Source: Piromyces finnis finn | Taxonomy: Eukaryota > Fungi > Neocallimastigomycota | Direction of reading: 5' to 3' | Assembly: GCA_002104945.1 (NCBI GenBank) | Contig: MCFH01000024.1 | Coordinates: 186,001-250,000, forward strand | DNA: 64,000 bases | In this document: positions 53,208 to 64,000 of the stretch, one piece after another | Position numbering within the stretch: the stretch's first letter is position 1 | Layout: every line of letters starts with the position of its first letter | The notes under the pieces: model-generated | The model's input: only the letters and a program-made list of their open reading frames with translations | Told to the model about the DNA's origin: nothing | Databases searched by the model: none | Made by a program: the position numbers and the translations under genes

Positions 53208-54944
53208 TTAATTTCTACAGTAAACATAATATTTAAATTTATGAATCGTCGGATCAGGTTCTTCTTTGGTATTATCTTCTTCTATTTCTTTTTCAAAGTT
53301 AACACGTTCTTCTTCTTCTTCTATATCTTCCAAGGCTTCTTCTTTTTCCTTTTCATTTCTCAATACTTCTTCATATAATATTTTAAAATGTTGATCCCTC
53401 ATATTTTTTTCAAATTCCGGTATTTCATTTTCAAATCGATAACGAACAGGTACTACCACAAAAACAATAGGATTTCTATAAAACCATGGATTACTTTTAA
53501 CTTTTTCGGCATCTTTTGCCTTTTCTTCTGGACTAGCTGTATCTTTTTCTAAAAAGTAATTTATGACTTTTGGAACCATATAGGCATGTTTAAAATCATA
53601 AAGAACATCAGCGGCAATAACAGTATTAAAGGTATAGGGTGGATAGATTCTTCTTTGTTTATACATAAATTTACCATCTTCATCAAATTCGACTGTATGC
53701 TCTTTTAGATAGTCTTCAACTTCTTTTGGTTCTATATCCATATAATCATTCCAATCTACTTGATAGGTAGACATATTATGGGAACTTTCATTAATTTCAA
53801 TATTTTTTTTGGCATTTTCAATGACAACTTCATCAAAATCGGAAAGAACAACCTGTTTTGGATTAAGTTTTGCACACATTAAACCGGATAATCCTGTACC
53901 ACAACCTAATTCTAAAATATTTGAATTTGAATTCATTACAATTTTACCTTTATCAATTAAACTGTTTTATTTCATGCCCCCCAACACGAAAAAAAAAAAA
54001 AAAATACAGGTATTAAAAAAGGGTGGGTTTATTTTTTATTATTTTTTATTTTTTATTTTAAAATGATGTTAAATATTTTTATTTTATTTATTAAAAAAAA
54101 AAAATAGTTTTTTAATAACCACATTATACTTTTATTATTTTTTTTATTATTATTAATAAACCTTTTAAACTAACCTTGCAAAAACAACACTTGAATTCCA
54201 AATCATACCACCAATGCCACCTTTAGAAGAATCTTCTACAATTTTTATAGTTGCTGTATTAAATTTCCATTCTTTTTCACTCGGCTTTGAAGCTAATAAT
54301 GAGGAGGAGGAGGAGGAGGAAATAATGATAATTTAAAAAATAAATATTTATTGAGATATAAAAATTAAATTAAAAAATAAATATTCATTTTGAAATTTCA
54401 AAGCATAAAATGATTGTATATTATTGTATATTAGAATGATGTATTTTATAATTTCTATTTACTTCCAAAACCATTAATTTCAGATATTAATTCGGATATA
54501 GCATCGATTTCTTCTTCTCCATTTTCCAAAAACATTACTTTATTAATTTGATTAACTAACCATGGTATACAATGTTTTTGAAAATCTTTTCTTCTTTCAA
54601 AAGCTAATACATTTTCTCTTGATTTGAATTTAATATATACATCATATAAATTTTTTATTGTCTGAAATATTTCTTTTCGCTAATAGTAGACCCATTAATT
54701 TTCATAATTTAAAAAATTTAAATAGATAAAAGGGTGTTATTGTGTATGATATATATATATAAAATTAAAAAGGATATAAAAAAGTATTTAATACATTGGT
54801 CATTTTTGATATTTAAATAAAAAAAAAATAAATAAATAAATGGTATTTTTTATCATTGTCTTTTTAACATATTTTATACTAATGAAATAATAATAAATTA
54901 TTCAAAAAGTATTTTGAAAAGTTTTTTTTTGGAGGGAGGTAAAA

Positions 54945-54981
<37 letters not shown>

Positions 54982-55142
54982 ATTATTATTTCGTGAGAGA
55001 ATTGAATTTTAGCTATTATATTGAGCATAAATAAAAATTTTTTAAAAATTACTTTTTCTGGACTGTTGATATATATTTGACTTAATAAAGAATCGAATTC
55101 ATCTTGATACGAACTATTTTTATTTTGACTATCCCTTTCCAT
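53208..55142 (-). CDS. Family-16 (METTL21/EFM2/Rrg1-like) SAM-dependent protein-lysine methyltransferase, ~4 exons
   Basis: 'KIVEDSSKGGIGGMIWNSSVVFAR', 'ILELGCGTGLSG', 'VVLSDFDEVVIENAKKNIEIN', 'VDWND' and 'VIAADVLYD'. The exons splice in frame from ATG 55142. Confidence 0.85.
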
Positions 55143-56390
55143 TTTCTTTTTTTTTTTTTTTGAAATTTCAATTTCCTATACATGGAAAATAAAAAAAAAA
55201 TTTTTTTGAAAAAACAATTTGATCAATCATGTGCTATTATATAACTTCATATGATTACATATATTTATTATAAAAATACATTGATTAATTTTTTATTTTC
55301 ATTGATTAAATTATCATTCATCCTTTTTATATTTATTAAAGTTTTTTGATAATTAATCTTGTAAACTTTTAAAGTTTTTATATATATATTTTTTTTTCTA
55401 TATAACACTACTACAATGTATTTTAAATGAATTGTAAAAAAAAAACTTTTGATTATTTATTTTCATACTACATTAGATTATAAAATTATTTTACTACCAC
55501 CCACCATCCATCATGTATCTTGAAATACTTTTGTGGTGGTTTGACATGATCTTTAAAATTATCTTTTGCTACTGGTTAAATAAACCAATAAAATTTCATT
55601 TTTAATCATTATACCACTTTTTTATATTATTTAAACTTTTTTTAATCATTAAAAATTTAAATAGTTAAATGGAATAAATTTTTTAATTTAATGTCATTAA
55701 TTACTTAATTATAAAAAAAATTTAGTATTAAATTTTTATTTATCTTAAAAAGTGGGAAAAAAGGAAACTTTTCTTCATTGTACCTTTTATTGTTCTTGAG
55801 GAAAGGAAAGGGTTATTTAAATAGAATATTTTATTTTAAATACTTGTCTATTTATCGAAAAAAAAATAAAAGTAATTTACAAAAGAATTAAAAAATAAAT
55901 ATATAAAAAAAAAAAAGTTTGAAACTATCAACAAAAGAAGAAGAGAAAAAAAAAAAAAGCAAAGAAAATAAAGTATTTTTTTTTTTCTTTTTATTAACAA
56001 TCAATTAAAAAAAGTTTTATTTTCTTTTTTACTAAACTTTTAAAGCAATATTAAACGATTCAAAAAAAAAAACTTTAAATTATAAAACTTGAACAACAAT
56101 TTCATTATTACTTTTTTTTTTAAACAAAAAAGAGAGAGAGAGAGGAAGAAATAATTAATATATTTGTAGTGTATAATAATAAAAATTTTTGGAAAAGAAA
56201 AAAGAATTAATGTATTAGTCAACAACAGCAATAATAACAATAGCAATAGTAATGCAAATAATTTTTTCAAAATATTTATAAATATTTTCTAGTATAATAT
56301 AGCATTTTTTATTATTTTGAAACCAATACTATTTTGAGTTAAAAAAAAAAAAAAACAAATAATATTTTAAATTAAAAATATAATTCAATA

Positions 56391-59260
<2,870 letters not shown>

Positions 59261-60090
59261 TGATAATTTGTAAAATACTATAATTACCCATCCCTATTAT
59301 TATGATGTATTATGATGTATTATATAACAAAAGAAGAATATATTACTATATAATATTAATAATACTTTTAGATAAAAAAAAAATAGAATTATAGATTTTT
59401 AATTACTATCATTATTAAAATAAAATAAAATAAAAACATAATATATATTATTTTTATATACTTTTAATTTTTATTATTATTATTTTTCAAAATGCATCCA
59501 TATTACTATTTAAGTTCAAAAGGTAAGACTTTTGATACTTGATAAAAAACACCCCATTTCCATTGGGTTTTAGGGGTTTGATAAGCCTCTAATTTTTTTT
59601 TCTCTGTAAAATAACATTCACTTTAATTATTTTAAAACGAATTTTGTTTTTTGTTTTTTTTGGTTTGCTTGTATAGTTACATTTATTTTATTGATATCAA
59701 GGAAAAAGAACAAAAATTAAATTGAATATTGTTTCTTTTTTTTTATTATTTATTTAAAAAAAAAGTTTTCTTTTGAAAATGTTTTTTTTTTTTAATTTAC
59801 TTTTATCAAAAAAAAAAAAAATTGTCTCCAAACATTAAAACCATAAAATATTTTTAGTTTCAAAATAAAAAACAAAAAAAAAAAAAAAGCAAATTAAGCA
59901 TAGAAACGAATTCTTTTTCTTTTTTCTTTTTTTTCAATATCAAATTTACTTTTTTTTTTTTTTTTCTTACTTATTATCATTCAAAAATTGATTGATATTT
60001 ACAAATTTCAAAAAAAAAAAAAAAATTTAAAAGTGCGGCAATAATTCTGTATTTCATTCCTTCCCTCTTTTCATAATTATAATTCTAAAC

Positions 60091-60122
<32 letters not shown>

Positions 60123-62268
60123 TGATTTCATTTAGATGGTATAAAGTATTGAATGTATTATAAAATATAACAACAATACTATTTTTGTTTTTTAATGATT
60201 AAAAAAAAGTGCTTTCTAGATTGAATCATTCAAGTTTATAAAATTATCAATAATGTATTAAATAAAATTAATGTATTTGATGTATTATCCAAATTTAAAT
60301 AGTATAATTGAAAAATGGTTTTAAATCCTTTCTTATAAAAAAAAAAGTAGATAATAATAGTTTAATTGATAGTTCCGTTGAATAAGTTGTTGAAGGAAAG
60401 CAATGAAAACCCTTTTCATTCTTTAGCCTTTTTTCTTTTTTATATAAAACCTTTATATAAAATTTTTTTTTCTTCAATATATCATCTTAAGAGGAGAATT
60501 AAAAGTTTAAATTCTATATTTAAATATTAGAAAGAAAGAAAGAAAAAAAAAGGATTGTTTATCTGTTTCGTATAAAGAGTTACTTTGAATAGTTTTTTTT
60601 ATATAATCTATAAACCCTAGTATGCCTTCCTTCTTTTTACTATTACTCCCATACTCTAAATTGTATCCTCTTTTTTTTTTTTTTTTTTAATCACAAACTT
60701 GTCATTTTAATATATTACAAAAATATATTAAAATAAGATAAAAAATATAATATATTATGTTTTGAATGGATAAAATAAATAAATTGTTTTGGGTCAATTT
60801 ATTTATTTATTTATTTATTTATCTATTTATTTAGTTATTTATTTATCTATTTATTTATTTATTTAGTTATTTATTTATCTATTTATTTATTTATTTTAAT
60901 TATATGTAACATATTACAAATTTATTTAGAGTATATTGTACATATATTAATAAATATAATAATTGTATTTTTAATTAAATCAGTAAATTTATAATAAAAA
61001 AAAATTTATTAATAAATAATAAATATTATTAATTATTAATATAATAATAATAAAAATAATAAATATTTATAATTATTATTATTAATTATTTTTTGGTAAT
61101 ATTATATAATATTCCATTTTAATATTATATAAATAATAAATAATTATTTATTTATTGACAACTAATTAAAAAAAAATATTATTATTTATAAATATATTTT
61201 TTTTTTTTCCTAACACATTCAAGTTAAATAGAGGGAAAAAAAAACAACCAAATTTAAAAACAAACAAACAAAATACAAGGAAAAAAAAGCAAATAATTAA
61301 CCTTTAATTTATTTATATATATATAACATATAAAACTAAAGTAAATATATAAAAGAAAAAAAATAAATTATGAAAAAGAATTATTTATATTATAATTATT
61401 ATAATATTTTCTTTTAAGGAAACTGTTGATTTCTTTCCAAAATATTTGTTTACTGTGTTTATTTTTTTTTTTTTAAAAAAAAAAAAAAAGGACAATAATT
61501 CAATTATTTATAGTTTGGTAGAAGAAAAAGAAAAGAAAAAAGGGATACGAACATTTAAATAAAATTTTAATATTTATATCAATACTATTTTACTATACCC
61601 ACAATGAAAAAAAAAAAAAAGTACATTCCATCACATGGAACTTTACCAAATTTTAATAATAATTCAATAGTAAATATAAATAGAAAATGAATTTCTTTAT
61701 ATATAAATGAATAACCAATAATAATAAGCATATTACAAGAATAAATATATATACAATAATTCAATTTGATAAAGAAAAAAAAAAAAGTTATCATCAGTTT
61801 GTAAAATGAAATATTCAACAATTGCGAAGCATCATAAATATTAAAATGCTATAAAAAAATTCAAAACATCAAAAAAAAATAATGTTATAATTAAATGTTT
61901 GCTTGTTTTTTTTTATTATTATTATTATTTTTATTATTTTTTTTTCATCAAATAAGATATACAATCATAATATCATCCAATAAAAAAAAAAGAATAATTC
62001 ATTTTTAAAAATAATGATGATCTTTTAAATAATAATAATTATTTTAAAGTTATAACTGATGGAGGGAGAAAATATAATTTTAATGAATTTAAAAAGAGAA
62101 AAAATATAAAGTAAACAAGTAAAAGATTTATTGGAATTGAAATGTGAAAACAGCTTAAAAAATATAAAAATTTAGATAGTTTTTAAAAATATTTAAAAAA
62201 TCAACTAATTGTTTATATATATATATATATAAATAAATTTATTATAAAAAAAAATAAAAAAAAAAAGA

Positions 62269-62771
62269 ATGGGTCAAACTTTATCTGAACCAATTACCGA
62301 AAAGGAAACTACTCTCGGTGAAGATTCTAGAATGTTATTTGGTGCCAGTTGTATGCAAGGCTGGAGAATAAGTAATATATATATAAAAAATAGTATCATT
62401 TAAAAAAAAAAACTTTAAATAATTGTATTAAACATCATATAATAAATTAAATTTTAAAAATGAAGCTATGGAAGATGCTCACACTAGTATTTTAAGATTA
62501 AATTCTCGTTTCAATACTACCGATCTTAAGAAATTAGAAGAAGAACTTAACAAGGAACCACCAAAGGATGAATTACATTACTCATTCTTTGCAGTATTTG
62601 ATGGACATGGTGGATCATCTGTAGCAAAATACTCTGGTGAACATTTACACTGGAGATTATTAGAAGAAGAAGCTTTTAAACAAAAAGATTTTAAAAAGGC
62701 TTTAAAATCTGCCTACTTAAATATGGATAAGGAAATGTTAAATGGTATGTCTTCGTTATTCATTTTAAATC

Positions 62772-62804
<33 letters not shown>

Positions 62805-64000
62805 TATTATTTACAGATAAATGATTTTTGTCATACAATAAATAATAATTCTATATATCTAACAAATTATTAAAATAAAAAAAAAAAGAACCAAGCATTA
62901 TTCGAAATCCAGCTGGTTGTACAGCCGTTTCAGCTTTAATTACTGACGATAACATGTTATATATTGCCAACTCTGGTGATTCAAGAGCCATCATATCGGT
63001 TGATGGTGTATCAAATGATATTACCGAAGATCACAAACCAACTAAACCAGGTATTTTTATTAATAATAATAGTAGTAATAGTAGTAACTGTTGTTGTTGC
63101 GATAGTAGTAATAATAATAGTAGTAGTAGTAGTAATAGAATTATTTTTTTTAATACATATGGTCCTTTTCATATAGTAGTAACTGTTGTTGTTGCGATAG
63201 TAGTAATAATAATAGTAGTAGTAGTAGTAATAGTAGTAGCTGTTGTTGTTGCGATAGTAGTAATAGAATTATTTTTTTTAATACATATGGTCCTTTTCAT
63301 ATAGTATACCTTTTTTTTTAAATTTGTTATGAAAAATGATAAAAAAATTATTTTTATTAAGAACTTTAAAAAGAAATAATCAAATGAATGAATGATGCTT
63401 AATTCCTTTTTTTTTTTTTTTAATATAATTACCTATATCAATAATAGATGAACGTGATAGAATTATAAATGCTGGTGGTTATGTTGAATGTGGTCGTGTT
63501 AATGGTAACTTAGCTCTTTCACGTGCCTTAGGTGACTTTGAATTCAAACAAAACAGTGATCTTCCAGCTGAACAACAAATTGTTACTGCTGATCCAGATC
63601 TTTTTGAAAGAAAAATTGGTGAAAATGATGAATTCATCGTTTTAGCTTGTGATGGTATATAAATTTTTATTTATTAAATTTCTATTTCGATATGCAGTAT
63701 TCAAATCAATATATCCTATGAATATTGTCATGCCAATGATTGTTTTAAAATTCTTGTAAAGATTTTAATGACTAATTAACTCCAAATAAATTGAAATCTA
63801 TTTTTTTTAATATTAAACTAAATAACAAAGGTATCTGGGATGTCCTTACCAATCAAGAAGTTGTTGATATAATTAGATTCGGTATTGCCCGTGATAAGGA
63901 CTTAGGTAGTATAGCAGAAGATGTTATGAATGCTAGTCTTGCTAAGGATAGAATTTCCTTTGATTATGGAGGTGTTGGTTGTGATAACATGACCATAGTT
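62269..64000 (+). CDS. PTC2: PP2C protein phosphatase (PTC2/PTC3, PPM1G-like), truncated at window end
   Basis: '[12 protein letters not shown]', '[16 protein letters not shown]', '[11 protein letters not shown]', 'AGCTAV', '[10 protein letters not shown]', 'DHKP', '[18 protein letters not shown]', '[13 protein letters not shown]' and 'GCDNMT'. Confidence 0.93.
63061..63306. repeat. Low-complexity internal duplication in PP2C intron
   Basis: Blocks 'gtaactgttgttgttgcgatagtagtaata' and 'gaattattttttttaatacatatggtccttttcatatagta' each recur. Confidence 0.8.

Noticed and set aside
59300-62260. Hidden genes in long intergenic tracts (also 1170-4190, 13330-16760, 25550-28060, 40290-42870)
   Set aside because: Near-pure A/T with homopolymers; the short ORFs are Phe/Lys/Ile-rich compositional artefacts with no recognisable domain or exon-like GC rise.

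Overview
Extremely AT-rich eukaryotic DNA with short GT-AG introns, poly(A)/poly(T) tracts and long (TTA)n/(AAT)n microsatellites. This is most consistent with an anaerobic gut fungus (Neocallimastigomycota), an inference from composition, intron style and gene set. I reconstructed spliced genes by eye: PARN-like deadenylase (partial), GH114 hydrolase, ACTMAP-like cysteine protease, CBM21-like orphan, NDT80-family transcription factor, TBRG1-like FYRN/FYRC protein, RluA-PrmC fusion, PH-domain protein, ATG18, a secreted Cys-rich protein, a G-Q/P-P-Y repeat protein, a family-16 lysine methyltransferase, an Aa_trans transporter and a PP2C phosphatase (partial). The standout region is 28-37 kb. 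It holds a ~1,100-codon ankyrin-repeat frame ending in a bacterial YoeB/Txe (RelE superfamily) mRNase toxin domain with its catalytic residues intact, but interrupted by one in-frame TAA and one extra A in a homopolymer. Beside it lie a tRNA-headed, poly(A)-tailed, TSD-flanked SINE-like insertion and a frameshifted DUF3883-type PD-(D/E)XK nuclease fragment. Exon boundaries were read manually and no database searches were run.
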